Shown here: in pieces, positions 1 through 19,454 of the stretch
Layout: the number at the start of each line of letters is the position of its first letter
How positions within the stretch are numbered: the first letter of the stretch is position 1
Assembly (NCBI RefSeq): GCF_009914755.1
Contig: NC_060941.1
Reading direction: 5' to 3' (one strand)
DNA: 64,000 bases
Origin: the human T2T-CHM13v2.0 reference genome, Homo sapiens
Position numbers and translations under genes: made by a program
The notes under the pieces: generated by a model
Database searches by the model: none
Told to the model about the DNA's origin: nothing
What the model saw: only the letters and a program-made list of their open reading frames with translations

Positions 1-342
1 GGCTGGTCTCGAACTCCTGAGGTCAGGTGATCCACCCGCCTCAGCCTCCCAAAGTGTTGGGATTACAGGCATGAGCCACCGTGCCTGGCCTTTTGTATTT
101 TTAGTAGAGATGAGGTTTCACCATGTTGCCCAGGCTGGTCTCGAACTCCTGAGGTCAGGTGATCCACCCGCCTCGGCCTCCCAAAGTGTTGGGATTACAG
201 GCGTGAGCCACCGTGCCTAGCCTTTTGTATTTTTAGTAGAGACGAGGTTTCACCACGTTGCCCAGGCTGGTCTCGAACTCCTGACGTCAGGCGATGCACC
301 CGCTTCGGCCTCCCAAAGTGCTGGGATTACTCATGCCTGGCC
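1..342 (-). repeat. Three tandem Alu left monomers, period 132 bp
   Basis: ggctggtctcgaactcctga recurs at 1, 133 and 265. Confidence 0.9.
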
Positions 343-1167
343 CTCTTCTGCATTTCTGCTGAGTAACTTCTGCCAGGTTCCTTAGGCTAAGCTTAAGTTC
401 CTCCAGTGACAGGAATCTCACTCCCTCCTAAGGCTACATTCCTCTTTTGGACAACTATAGGTTTAAGTTTAGTCTTCCTTATGTTAAGGTAAGATGTATT
501 TGCTTGTATCTTCTCCTACAAGCTCTGGTTCTTCCCCTGAAACTACACAGAACAAGCATGATACTACTTCTTTATGAACACTCTTTAGGTATGAAGAAAG
601 CTATTGTCCAGACTTCCCTGCAGATTCCTCTTTTCTCTAAGCTAATTCTCCTAAGCTTGGTTGGTTTTTTCTAGCCAGTCTTTTTAGCCCTTTACCATCC
701 TATTCACGTTTCTGTGAACTTTAACATTTATGTATATTAATGTTAAGCTGTGAAACCTAGAATTTAGTGGAGTAATGCAAATGTGGTCTCTGTTGTAAAA
801 TAGATCAGAACTATTTATTCTTTATTTAAAACACTAGTCCTTTAATGTAGGCCGAAATTGTGCTAACATTTTTGACATCGACATTCTATCTTAATGCTTA
901 TCTAGTTTACTAATGAATGAAATTCCCAGTCATCTCTCACAAAACTGTATCTCCCCCAGCTGTACTCAAGTACAGAAAACATCTATTCTTGATAACTTTT
1001 ATCTTGTTAGAATAGCTCTTTTCTCTTCTATAGCTACAACTTGTCAGTGTGTCCTTATCAGCTTATGATTTAATTGAGGCTATAGAACATATACACTTAA
1101 AAAAAATAAGCTAAGAACTCTTAGAATAAAACAACATAATGTATTGTCAGTTGTAACCATGAATGAT

Positions 1168-1338
1168 GTTTTTCAAAGTGTGTCCTCTGGCCTACATTAG
1201 AGTTACTTAGGGCGCTTGTTAAATATTCAGTTTCACTCCAGACTTAATGAATTCAGATTTCTAGGAGTGATGTCTGGAAATCTGCATTTTAACAAGCTCC
1301 ATTGGACATTGGTGCATATTAAAGGTTGACAGCTGCTA
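1168..1338. mobile_element. MER5A-like hAT-Charlie MITE
   Basis: ttttcaaagtgtg...cttgttaaa...aatctgcattttaacaagctcc motifs. Confidence 0.6.
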
Positions 1339-2131
1339 CTCTAAGTACTGAAGGATTGAGCCCAAAGATATGATCAGAATTAGGTGGCATTAATAAAGGA
1401 GGTGATTTCTGGGGACAGAAGAACATGAACTGTTAGAGTAGGTAGAAATTCCAGGTGTAGTAAAGAAGAAATAAATTGTCTGCTAGGGAAGATATTTGCT
1501 AGGCTGAATTAGGGGCCCAATAGAACAGCACATAAAAGGAGTTAAAAGCTAAGGGACGGAAGGAAAAAAAACAAAGAAAGAAAAAACTATAAAATTCTGA
1601 AACCAGTAAAGATACATGCTGCCATTTGGCAGCAAGGCAGACCTGCTATAGAAGAAGCATGATCTTTGTCATCAAGAATTCATGAAATACCAGGCAACAC
1701 CCTATGAGGGAATGTAAAAGGGTGGGGGTGTCAGCAAAGATTAGTTTGGAGCATTGCTACACACATCTCATCTTTAGTTCTAGGCTATCTAATGAGAAAA
1801 TCTATATTAAATCTAAGTTGACTGATTTGGATATAGACCAGTCGGATGGTAGACAGCTTGCACAGCTGCTTGGTGCTCAGGAAATAGGCTGTTTTCACTA
1901 GCATAGCAAAACTCAGAGTGCTCTTGGCATTTTGAAGTTGGTGGGACAACAGCAAGTCTCTACCAGACAGAATAGTGCCACGAAAATGGATGGTCAAAGT
2001 CCCGACTGCCCAGATGGTATCAGGAGTAGTGGTCTTGGTCTTAAGTATTTCCATTTCTTAAAGATTTCATAAGTGCACAGATAAACAAGTGTAGATGACA
2101 ACCTATTTTAGATGTTGATTGAGAGTCTTAA

Positions 2132-2425
2132 GGCCAGGCGTGGTGGCTCACACCTGTAATCCCAGCACTTTGGAGGTCGAGGAGGCTGATCACTTGAGCC
2201 CAGGAGTTTGAGACCAGCCTGGGCAACATGGTGAAACCCCATCTCTACAAAAGAATACAAAATCAGCCAGGCATGGTGGCATGCACCTGTGATCCCAGCT
2301 ACTCGGGAGGCTGAGGCGGCAGGATGGCTTGAGCCTGGGAAATGGAGATTGCAGTGAGCTGAGATAGTGCCACTGCCCTCCAAAGCCTGGGCAACAGAGT
2401 GAGACCCTGTCTCAAAAAAAAAAAA
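2132..2425 (+). mobile_element. Alu (J/S-type)
   Basis: Full dimer GGCCAGGCGTGGTGGCTCAC...poly(A). Confidence 0.9.
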
Positions 2426-2628
2426 GGTTTTTGAAACAAAAGGCCCTCCTATATAATGAGTCAATGAAAGTTATGCTCTTAGAGTAAATAATTATATTGT
2501 ACTACTGAAATGGTAAGTCAAGTAGAACTAAGAAAATACTCATGACTCTAGTTCCAATTTACAATTTTCAACAGAACCATAAGAGAAGTTGTAATTATGG
2601 AAACTTAAATGATCAAATATTAATTTGT

Positions 2629-3142
<514 letters not shown>

Positions 3143-4281
3143 TTAAACATCAGTCATTGTTCAAAACCCACTTCGCACTTCTTTCTCTCTTTATAGATCA
3201 TGTTGCCCCCAAAATGAACTGAACACTCTTATCTTAATGCTAATTTGACAGAGACCACTTCTAATTTATTATCATCCTGCTTACTCTTATATAAAATTAG
3301 TGTTTGCTATAGTTTTTTCTCCCTTTGAATACCTCAAAGTTGACTGACAGTTTTTCCTCAACGCAGCTTGCCTCTGATAACATCCAGAAAAAATGAAGAA
3401 AATATACTGCTTTGTAAAATAGAAGAGCTTAACAAGTACAAATTTGTCACTTTTTTCGGGTGTTTCGAAAGAGTGTAAACAGTAAACATTGCTGTTTATT
3501 TCTTGTGTTTCAGAAGTAAGGCTATGTATTTTTATCGAGCTATTTACAATTTACATATAAGATGTAAGTATTTTCATGAATCATTTTCATCAGTGGGGTG
3601 GATATACCTATCATAGTGGATACGGTCCTATTCTGACTTTTAGATCAGAAATCACTTTCAGTTATTTGTAGCACACACCTTAAAGCCTATTAAAGTTCTC
3701 CCCACCAAAATTTGTATTATTATAATCACTGGATGTCAACACCTGTGGCTCAAACAGTATCCAAATTTTGTATATTGTTGGAGGATTGCTGATTTAACTG
3801 AGAGTTGTAGCTAGAAATAAGGTGAGAAAGAATATACAGGTAATACTAATCCACCTCAAACTAAGAAGCAAAGGATGGTGGATGGGCTATGTTGATCTAG
3901 CGTTGCAAAAACACTTTTGGATGAAGTGCCCAGAAATAGCCCCAGTTCCTTTCACTAGAATCAGCTTGTCCCAGGTGAATGCCGGCAGAGCAGGGTGTGT
4001 GCTCCCCAAGAAAGGGCAGTGACCGCTTTCCAATGTCTGGCAGTTAGGGGCGATGAGAGTAGTTGCAATTGGCAAGATAAAGGGGAACTTTGGAAAATAA
4101 ATATACTTATGATAGAGGAGGCAGGAGAAAAGGTCAAGGGCTGTACACATGTGGAACTGATAATCATGGTAGCTTGGCTTCTATGAATGGGTACATGTTG
4201 ACCCTTAAGTGAGCTTAGAAAGCTTGAGAAATCAGTATGCGTGAACTGTTTGAGGCATAAGAAAGGCAGGATTTTAAAACT

Positions 4282-4718
4282 TTTTTTTTAATTTGTGCAA
4301 ATTTATGGGATACATGAGAAATTTTTTACATGTATGTAATATGTAGTGATCAAGTCATGGTATTCAAGGGATCTGTCACCCCAGTACAATATATTCTTAT
4401 TAAGTATAGTCATCCTACCCTGCTATCAAACATTGAATTTATTCCTCCTATCTTACTGTACGTTTGTACCTTTAGCCTACTTCTCCTTAGCCTCCCTTCA
4501 TCCCCAGTCACCCTCCCCAGTCTCTGTTGTCTACTTTTCCACTCTCTACCTCCATGTGTTCAAATTTTTTACCTCCTACATATACGTGAGAACATCTGAT
4601 TTTTGTATTTTTGTGTTTGGCTTATTTCATGTAAGATAATGATCTCCACTTCCATCCATGTAGCTGCAAATGACATAATTTCATTGTTTTTATGGATGAA
4701 TTGTATTCCATTGTGTAG
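4282..4718 (-). mobile_element. L1 (L1MA-like) 3' end fragment
   Basis: Antisense L1 3' motifs such as tccatccatgtagctgcaaatgacataatttcatt. Confidence 0.75.
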
Positions 4719-5099
4719 AAGCAGGCAGAATTGACTCTGATAGTAGTCTAGCTGGAAGAGAGGCTATAGCTACAAAGAATCTTGACTTACCAAAACACTA
4801 GTAACATGTCTGTGAAACTGCTGTAGTCTAACTCATTTACTACTATGTTAATTTGGAGCGTGAAGTTCATCAGTGGAATGGGTACTATAATTTGCGAAGT
4901 TCAAGTGACAATTCTGGTAGATAAAGTTTTAAGGAGCAGATGGTCACAACTGTCAGTCTCAGAAGTAATTTGGTAAGTAAAATAGTCATTTATTTGGAAG
5001 TTTTTTGGTAACCTAATTGTGATCTAATTGTCACCAGTTGGGAGTCTAATTCCATTTTCATCACTCATCTGCAGAAAGGTGAGAGAAATAAGCTATTAA

Positions 5100-5285
5100 T
5101 TAATAGCCAATATTTACGAGCTCTTACTATCCACCATAAAGTATGCTAAGTGCTTTATGTGCATTATACTTAATTATAGTAACTTTCTGAGGTAGTTACT
5201 ATTATTATTTCCAGCTAGTTAGTGGAAGAACCAGGATTTGAATCCAGGCAAACTGACTGCAGAGCCCTCACTTTTAACACTACAC
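5100..5285 (-). mobile_element. MIR
   Basis: ccaggatttgaatccaggcaaactgactgcagagccc, the antisense MIR 5' motif. Confidence 0.65.
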
Positions 5286-5699
5286 ATAAAACTGAGTTTA
5301 TTTAACAGAAAACACTGTCCTTTAACCTGAGATTGTGTCTACCTTTCAATACTAAAATGTACTTTTTATATGAAATGGTGGTGATAGATGATGTCAGGTT
5401 TGATTTTCTTTTTTTTTTTTTTTTTTAAGAAATCTTTACCTTGCAAAACTAAAACTAAAACAACCCAATGACAGCACTGCTCTCCAGTTTAAAGAAAACA
5501 AACGTTCTTTTGCTAGTTGTGAAATCTAAATTTGAGAACCACTGACTAGAAAAGTGGGACTCTTAGTAATTTTTAAAGTTCTTTAGAGATTTTTCACCTG
5601 ATTTATTTTCTGATTTCAACCTCCTTGTTTTCATTAACCTTTTCCTTAAGTCCACCTCAGCCACTCATTCTTCGATTATACACAAGACTTTGTTTGCCA

Positions 5700-6330
5700 T
5701 TACCAGCAACCACACCACTTTGGGGATCTCAGATGTAAGCATCTTGCTCTCGCGCTGCCTCCCATTTTTCCTTGCTTACTCCTAGCATTTCTCCTGTTAC
5801 CAACTCCAGCAACTTGGACCCCACTGGAACCTCCAGTATAATTTATTCTATCAGTTCCCAATCTTTTTGTTCTCTCTCTCCTCTTTCCCCAGCTTAACCT
5901 CCATGGTCTATCACATATATCCTCTTTGTATACACCCTTAGCAGCCTTGCTCCTCATCTTCTGTTGTCAAATCCACAAGTGTTTCTCAGCTACCTGCCTA
6001 CTCTGTGCCAGTATTCTCGCTGTTAAGCATGGCTTAAGAAAAACACAAAACCACAGTGTCTGATCTCACTTTAAATTTATGAACCAAATCTCAAGTGAGC
6101 CCTCAGTATTTCTTGGAACAGATATTCCTAGTATTCCTTCTGTATTTCCCTAGTCCAATCCATTTATTCTCCTATTCTCTGAGATGACTAGTTCTTCTTC
6201 TCTATTTGGCTCAACCCCCAAGCACCACCTCTTCCATCTTTACCAGCAGCTGATGACCTGGAATCTTTACTTCACGGAGGAAATAGAGGCAAACAGAAGA
6301 GAACTTCTTCATCTTCTTCATCTTCCCACC
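5700..6330. mobile_element. L2 fragment
   Basis: Pyrimidine-rich L2-like motifs (ctgatgacct...ttacttcacggaggaaatagaggcaaacagaagagaact). Confidence 0.55.
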
Positions 6331-6613
6331 ACAAGATGTATGATTGGTTGAATGAGAGAAAGACTGTGATGTCCTAGAACTTCAGTTGCTCCTATATCCA
6401 ATGTAATTAGCAACTTAAATTCCAAAACCATATATAAAAATCGATTTTTGGCCATTTGAGATTATACTCTTTACTACCACTTTCCTTTCTCTTATTATAA
6501 CCAAGAGTTGTTACTATGTTTGTGCCTCATCCAAATAAAAAGTAGGTATTTTTTAGAAAATGATTAACGGGAGCAATTAGTAAAACAAGCAGTAAAATAC
6601 CCGGATACAGGAA

Positions 6614-6767
6614 ATTGAGCCAGGCTTGCTGGTATGTGCTTGTCCCAGCTACTCGGGAGGCTGAGTTGGAAGGATCGCTTGAGCCCAGGAGTTCCAGGTT
6701 ATAGTGAGCTGTGTCACACCACTGAACTCTGGCCTGAGTGACAGAGTGAAACCCTGTTTCTAAAAAA
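6614..6767 (+). mobile_element. Alu right monomer (FRAM-like)
   Basis: tcccagctactcgggaggctgag...gtgacagagtgaaaccctg. Confidence 0.8.
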
Positions 6768-9700
6768 GTACTTGACATAGGATATTGAGAGAAGAAATGC
6801 TTTGGAACTATGTTTGATTATACCCTTAGCCCACCTTAGTTCTTACTTAAGTAAGTTATAGATGAAGGAGAAAAGATGGGAATCACTTTGAAGATTAAGG
6901 CCTCAAACTTTGTGGAAAATGGAGGAAAAAATGTTGAAAACAGTCATGTGATAGTTTTTACCTTACACTTTTGATGGGAAAATTAGATAATAGAATTGAG
7001 CTATACGTATGTTGACTGCACATTACATTAATTTAATCCTGTTATTTACCTCATATTGCTAACCTTTAAAATTAAGATTTGAAAAAAAAGAGATGGGTAA
7101 AACCAAAAAGGTCAAAATTTGTATGCCAGCTTAGATGAAATTTGTATTTATAGAACTGAATAAGAATCTACACCTTACCTAATACTGTGAATTGCTTATG
7201 TAAATACAACAAAGGATGGTCCCTCGATGACCTGAATCTCATATGCTGAGTTCACTTAGTAACAGCGTCCGTCTGCTCAGACACATTTTCCCAACTCCCC
7301 ATGTGCTTTCCAAACCTTTACCATGTTTCCCAGTATCCTCTCTTCATCCCTCATTTTGTTGATGACCTAGTTCCTGCTTCACATAGTCAACAGAACCCAA
7401 CAGGAATAACCTCAGCTTTCTTCCTCCTTGTCCCTTTATTTAACTGGTCTCAGAAGGAGAGGTGTCTTTACAAGCTCTCCCTCTCCATTCCTCCTCTGTT
7501 GCCAAAGTTTCTGAAAGTGTGGTCTCCATATCTGCTTATGCTACTTAGTTTTCTTCTAAGTGAAAGGTAGGGACTCAACCCCAAATGCTCTGACCCTGTT
7601 CGAAGACCCTGTGGCCTAGAGCGGCATGTATTTCCTGATTTCTAAACCTAGTGCCCTTTTTCCAGGCCTCATCCTCTATCACTGCAGCATTTATCTCTGT
7701 TGTCACATTCTTCTGCTTAAAACTTTTCACAGCTTTTCACGTACCCAGGGCAGGCATTCAAAAATATTGAAGCAGTAGTTTTGATGTCTTTTCTGAGCTT
7801 TCACCAGTATTTTTAATAGGCACTACTGCCTAAATGTCAAATGCCTTATAGCCAAAAACAAGTAATGATTTCCTGTAATCTCCAAACTGATTCCTCTTCC
7901 TCTTGCTATGTCTTGGTATCCCTGAGGTTACCATCATTTTATCCATGTACCCATGCTAGATGCCTCAAGGTCATCCTTGACTCCTCTTCCTTCTCTGGTT
8001 TCCATTTGGTTTCTAAGCTTTGATGAGTATCTCCCGCATCTTCTTTTCTTTTTCTACTATTTCCTATGACTCTTGCCTCTTTCTGTTTATTGTCTTTTGT
8101 CTGGATTATTTCAGTAATATGTTCAGGAGTTTCTAATTTGGATTCCATGGATGGACCTCAAAGGATTAAAGAACTCTCTCAAATTTGTATGCAAATTTTT
8201 TGTGCATGTGCATTTTCCTGGGGAGGTCCATTAGACTGTTCTGTGGGAAAGAGAGGAATAGAATGAGAGACAATGACAATTTAAATCAGGTCCACTGATT
8301 TCTCGTTCTATACCTGGCCTTTGTTATTTAGGTCACTAACCTAAGGCACTTATCTCTGAGGAGTGAGGTGGCATGTAAGATATTAAGAATAAAACAGCAG
8401 CATTAGTCAGTCCAGCTGGGCAGTCAGTCCAGCAGCCAGAGATCAGAGGCTCCTCAATATCAGATCCAGGCTTTAATATCCTAGAGAAGCTCAGGAGAAA
8501 GCTGGGGCATCAGCAGGAGCAGAGGGTGTCCTCCCGAGGCCCCTGGACCCATTTGTTCCTGTGCTTCCAAAGGACTTAGAGGGATATGAAAACTTAACTG
8601 GCAAGAATCCAGAGTGAGTTGGTATCCCCAGAAAAAGGTTCAGAACATTCCCCCAGCTAGCCTCCCCTCCTTTGCCTGTTTGGTCTCTCGTTCTTTCTCC
8701 ACTCTGCCAACACAGTTAGCTTTTAAATACATATCTCCTGGTGTGCCTTCCGTGATTGTCACTTACACCTAAGGGTGATTAGACTAATCACCCAAAAATG
8801 TGGGGTTTTAATCACCTATGAAACAAGTTAAAAAATCATGGTCATGGTTTCAAGGCCTGCCAGTTAGGAGCCTGCCAGCCTCGTCGCCAGGCACTGCCCT
8901 CTCCTCACTTCCAGGGCTCTGGCTACAGCAGGTTACTACTGGCTGTTTCGAGAGAACAGTGTCTGTGTCCATATCCCTATGCCTTTGATCATGCTAGTCT
9001 CTCTCTTTGGGGTGGCATTTCCTCTCCATTGCCTGTGAACCTCCTACTCATTCTTCCAGGCCCACAATGGATGTTAGCTCTTCACCTGAGTCCATTCTTA
9101 ATTTTCTGCCATCACTCTGGCAGAATCAGTATCTCTTGGCTAGAGTCCAAAAACATTTCATACATATCTCTGATAATGTCATATTATATTGTAGATAGCC
9201 TATTTTTATTTCTGTCTTTCCTACTAAGCCAGAAATGCCCTACAGCTAGGGACTGTCTTTTTCATGTTTGTATCCCTAACAGCTACCTTTGCATCTAGTC
9301 TAAACATGAGCTTAGTACACTTTTGTTGAATGGAATTAGTTATAAAGAGTTTTTATGACTCATTTAAAATTAGAGACCAATGCTTACTTAATAAGTCAGA
9401 ATAGGCTGTAATAATAATAGTAATAATAAAGTCCCATTTCCACTGCTTATTCAAGTAACAGCTTCCTTTGTGGAAGTACATTTTGAAAGACTTCACATGT
9501 CAGTGTATATTTTTGATGTGCTCATTTGAGATCCTAAAAGAATTATAGTTCTAAAGCAGACTAGAGCTTCTATTACATTCCTGTTGAAGTTATATTAAAT
9601 ATATTCTATCGTTTCACATATCTGTATTATATATAATAAGTTGCATGGGTAAACATTTTATCTCTTTTAAACTTCATGGTAATAATTTGTGAATTGTTTA

Positions 9701-11439
9701 TTTTATAATATCTGAGTAAATTTAGTTCAAAACACATTAATTTGAGCATTTTCTGTGTACAGAAGCATAGTTGCAAAGTTAAGATTCTTGTGTTTATGTT
9801 GTTTTGTTAAATTCGGAAAGTCTCAGTCATTGCAAATGTATTTTTTTTTTAAGTATTTAAATTAGCTCAGCTATGAGAATAAGCACAGTCCATAAATTAA
9901 GAGCTTCAAATAATTTTTTAAAATCCTTCATATTCTTTGAGTTTTGTAGGAAAAGAATCAACAGTTTACTTATTCAGCCTTTCCTGAAGTCCATAGTAGG
10001 TGCTGGGCATCATGCTGGGTGAATGAGATAGTACTTGCATTTGAATAGTTTACAGTCTTATAGCGAAGAAGCCATGTAAACAGAGAATTGCAATATAAAC
10101 CTTGGAGGAGAGGAAGGAAGACTACTTTGAGAACCGAGATTAGGTTGAGAATGGATGAGTCTGCTGATCAATTTATAGATAAAGAAGCAGAGAGGTGAAG
10201 TCTTTTTTTTTTTTTTTTTTTGATATGTGAAATAGGAACCTAGGTTATCTCTAAGAATTCATAGCAGGGGGTAGCTCTTGAGAAGAACAGTGAAGATCTG
10301 GATAATTAATAAGGAGAATTAGAGATGAGCTAACAAAGACAAGTAAAGAGTGGCATGAGAAAGCAGTGAGCATAGAACTGAAACTGGATAGCATGAAATT
10401 CTGGAGGTATCAGTCAGTAGCACAGTGGTATAATTTTCTCCAGCTGTGCTATGGAGAAATTATACACATTGTGGCCAATGTGTAGTGAATAAAGCCATAT
10501 TGTATTCAGGGACTATGGGGTGGTTATAACAGAAATTTACAAAGAATAAATAGTTAAAAGTCCTTCAAAGAAAGCATGGCTTACTAGGGAAGGCAGTATG
10601 GTTAAGAGGAAGTTGATAAACTTGGAGAAAATGTAGAAGTCAAGAAGTTGGAGATCAGAAGGGCTGGTGCTTTGTAGGAACTCAGAAAATCTTCATTTTC
10701 TTCTTTCTGGATGTCCTCTCCCTATGAATGTTTCACCACCACCACCTGCCTCAGCTACAGTTTATACATATGAATAGTTTCAAATCATGATGGTAACAGT
10801 TGGCTCAGAGGGCAAGATTAGGAGCCAGACTTCAACGTGCTGCTAATCCAGCGTGTCCCTGTAACTTAGATGCTGGTAGTGCTTGGTGGTATTGGCCTCT
10901 AGGAGAAGCTCAAGGCTTCTCCTGTTATCTCCCTACCACTCATACTTGGAGGGTGAGTCAAAGGCCAAAAAGCATTTTATTGGGCAGTGGTTCTTAGGGA
11001 AGGGATTTACTCTGTGATGCAGAGGGTTAAGACTGTAAGCCATCAAGTGTTTCCCCTCCCTCTCCATGTTCAACCAAAGGCACAGTTCTTATTACTTTCA
11101 AGGATTTAAAAAGGAGTCTTTTCTCAGCATAAAGGAGGAAGTGAAGACCAATTTTGACAGCCCAAAGGGTCTTCCTCCTCAGAATCTAAAATTTCTAATA
11201 GAGTTGTTTGCATCTTGTGATTTTACTTGAGTCATCAAATGTATTGTACTTTTTTTCTTAAAGATATACTTTTTAATGCTTTCATTTCAGATAAGGACAA
11301 ACCATTTTCCATGGCGACACACTATTTATATTGCATTTTCAGAAATTTCCCTTTTTACCCATACTTAGGAGTGTGACACTGAAACCTGATAATCTATTAT
11401 TTCACAGAGTGCTTTTTTGGGTGTAATATAAAGATATTA

Positions 11440-11860
11440 TATAATTTTAATAACCTTTGAGGTACAAGTGGTTTTTGGTTACATGGATGAATTATATAGT
11501 AGTGAAGTCTGAGATTTTAGTGCAGGACCCATTGTCCAAGTAGTGTAAACTGTACCCAATATTAGTTTTTTATTCCTCACTCCCCTCTCACTTTCCCCAC
11601 TTCTTAATTTTCTGCCATCACAATGTGTTGCCCAGGCTGGTTTCATGCCCTCACTTTCCCCACTTCTGAGTTTCCAAAGTCTATTACTCTGTACACCTTT
11701 GTGTACCCATAACTTACCTCCCTCTTGTAAGTGAAAACATATGGTATTTGATTTTCCATTCTTGAGTTACTTCACTTAGAAAAATGGCCTCCAGCTCCAT
11801 CCATGTTGTAGCAAAAGATGTGACTTCGTTCTTTGTTATGGCTGAATAGTATTCCATGGG

Positions 11861-11862
<2 letters not shown>
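11440..11862 (-). mobile_element. L1 (L1MA/PB-like) 3' end
   Basis: ggttacatggatgaatt...cttgagttacttcacttagaa...ggctgaatagtattccatgg. Confidence 0.8.

Positions 11863-11864
<2 letters not shown>

Positions 11865-11900
<36 letters not shown>
11865..11900. repeat. (TG)n microsatellite
   Basis: About 18 perfect TG units. Confidence 0.95.
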
Positions 11901-11903
<3 letters not shown>

Positions 11904-12359
11904 CACATATATGATATATAATAATTATATATAATTTATCGTTATATGTAAAACAAAGCAAATTTTTTATTTTTATAGAGACAGGGTCACAAAGTATTGC
12001 CCAGGCTGGTTTCATGCTCCTGGGCTCAAGTGAGCCACCACACCCAGCCAAAAATAAGTAATATTTCCCAGTTAGACATTTTCAGAGTAAAAAGTATTTG
12101 TTCAAAATCATAGCATGAATGGACTCTTCCAGAGACCTTTAACTGGCAGCATTTCCCCCTCAAACTTTAGTACAGTTATAGGAATTGTTTCTGGATTTTT
12201 GGCTGTATATTCTTGTTCATGGCTCATGGACATTAACATATGTGAATGGCATCACTGTGTTTTTCCTAAAGTGCATACGAAGAAGAAAGAACACTTTCCT
12301 TTAGAGTCTTACTTAGATTCTAGTTAGCTGATATAAGACTGTTTTCTTTTCCTTTTCAG

Positions 12360-12559
12360 GTTGTAAACATGTTAAAGGCATCCTGTTATATGGACCCCCA
12401 GGTTGTGGTAAGACTCTCTTGGCTCGACAGATTGGCAAGATGTTGAATGCAAGAGAGCCCAAAGTGGTCAATGGGCCAGAAATCCTTAACAAATATGTGG
12501 GAGAATCAGAGGCTAACATTCGCAAACTTTTTGCTGATGCTGAAGAGGAGCAAAGGAGG
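12360..12559 (+). CDS. NSF: NSF-type exon 9 (200 bp), aa ~249-315, Walker A and pore loop 1
   Basis: ttttcag|GT TGT AAA... translates (G)[66 protein letters not shown]|gtaatg. Confidence 0.97.
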
Positions 12560-13089
12560 GTAATGTGAACATAAGTGTGATTTAGTAAAAGTTTATCACT
12601 CGCTATACGATGAATGAGACCCAGAGTTATGGAGACAAACTTGTTGCTTTGATTTATATTTTGAAGCAACTTACAGGTAAATTTACCTAGTACCTAGGTT
12701 ATATATGGCACTGCACCAGGGACTGTGGAAGATTTACGTGATGAGCAGATGTTGTTGCCCACATATTCCTATAAACAAAGGTAGGTGATTGTGTAAGCCA
12801 GAGGTTTTGCAAAAATAGGTCATGAATATATTTTCAGGTGACACTTTTATTCCATATTGCTTCCAGAGACTTGTGCTCATTTATCCTTTGGAAGAAAAGG
12901 GGAAATTAAATCCATAAATAGACTTATGAAATCGTATTATGTAAGGTTCATATGCAAAAAGCTATCTTACTTAACACTGAGTCTTGCTCAGTTATAGAGT
13001 GACAGGATTGAGTTGTCAGAGCTCAAAGGAAAGCTTGATTTGCGTCTCAGAAATGAAATTATTTAAAAATCAAGCTAGAATTTACTAAT

Positions 13090-13660
13090 TCTGATAGTTT
13101 TACATGTCAACTTGACTAGGACATAAAGTGCCTAAATATTTGGTAAAACATTTCGGTTGTGTCTGTGAGGATGTTTCTGGATGAAATTAGCATTTGAGTT
13201 GATAGACTAAATAAAGCAGATTGCCCTCCCTAATGTGGGCAGGCCCCATTCAATCAGTTTAAGGCCTGAACAGAACAAAAAGGCTTACTTTCCTGCAAGT
13301 AAGAGGGAATTTCGACTTGCCTGGTTGCCCTGAGTTGGGACATTGGTTTGGATGCACACCGAAACATCAGCTCTTCCTGGCTTGGAGGCCTTTGGGCTGG
13401 AACTAAATAATGCGTATTAGCTCTCCTGGGTCACCAGGTTGCTGACAGCAGATCTTGGGACTTGTCAGCCTCTGAAATTGTAGATTTATCCCAAGGAATT
13501 GGCTAAAACGATTATGGAGGCTGACATATATATGTGGGTGTATATGCATACATACATATTCATAGAGATTTATCATAAGGAAAACACACACACACACACA
13601 CACACACGAACATTCTATTGGTTCTGTTTGTCTGTTCTGATTAATTATCCTAATACTAAC
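13090..13660 (+). mobile_element. MLT2-family (ERVL) solo LTR with internal (AC)n at ~13584-13606
   Basis: atgtcaacttgactagg...gtgtctgtgaggatgtttctggatgaaattagcattt...aaagcagattgccctccctaatgtgggcaggcc. Confidence 0.8.
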
Positions 13661-14124
13661 ATATTTTTTTCATTGACAGTTTAAGAACAATGCCATGAGA
13701 TTTCTGGTTCTAGCAATACAGTAGACTAGGTAACCAGAAAACCTTCCTTCTATAAACACCTTCAAATGCTAGGTATACACTGTACCCCTTAAATATGCAC
13801 AGTTATGTGCCAATTAAACACAAAATAAAACTTTTAAAAGTTCTGGGTAAAACATAACTGAAATCATTTTAAATGCATAATTGAGCTCTTCAGAAAGAAA
13901 ACTGGATCTCCAGGAAATTAGAGTCGTAAGATACGGGCTGCAGCTTTTGGTTTCATAATATATGGGTTTGGGTTTTAGTACCCACTAGGGAACAGAACAT
14001 GAGTCCTTGAATCCATTTACAGTGTGGACTAGGAACTGGTACCTTCAAAGGGGTTGTGTCTATGAAAAGAGTGGACTAGAAAATATCTGCTGCCACCACA
14101 GGGAAATTAACAAAAAATATTTAA

Positions 14125-14532
<408 letters not shown>

Positions 14533-14626
14533 TAGAATTTGAATGAATGTATGCTACCTATGTGGCTTGAAACCCGAAGCTGAGAAATTAGTTAAAAAAA
14601 TTATTCAGGTGCAGTGGCTCATGCCT

Positions 14627-19160
<4,534 letters not shown>

Positions 19161-19164
19161 ATAT

Positions 19165-19454
19165 GCTGAGCACAGTGGCCCACGCCTGTAATCCCAGCAC
19201 TTCAGGATGCCAAGGCAGAGGATCATTTGAGCCCAGGAGTTGAAGACCATCATGGGCAACATAGTGAGACCCCACCTCTACAAAAATTAAAAATTAGCCA
19301 GGCATGGTGGCACATTCCTGTGGTCCCAGCCACTTAGGAGGCTGAGGTGGGATGGTCACTTGTGCCGGGGAGGTCAAGGCTGCAGTGAGCTGTGATAGTG
19401 CCACTGCACTCCCGCTTGGGCAACAGAATGAGACCCTGTCTCAAAAAAATAAAA
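19165..19454 (+). mobile_element. AluJ
   Basis: Dimer with TSD aaaatgaata. Confidence 0.88.

Noticed and set aside
8240-8720. GC-richer stretch that might be an LTR or enhancer
   Set aside because: No family motif or terminal structure I could recognise with confidence.
12313-12669. 118-aa ORF on the - strand
   Set aside because: Antisense shadow of NSF exon 9, with no independent support.
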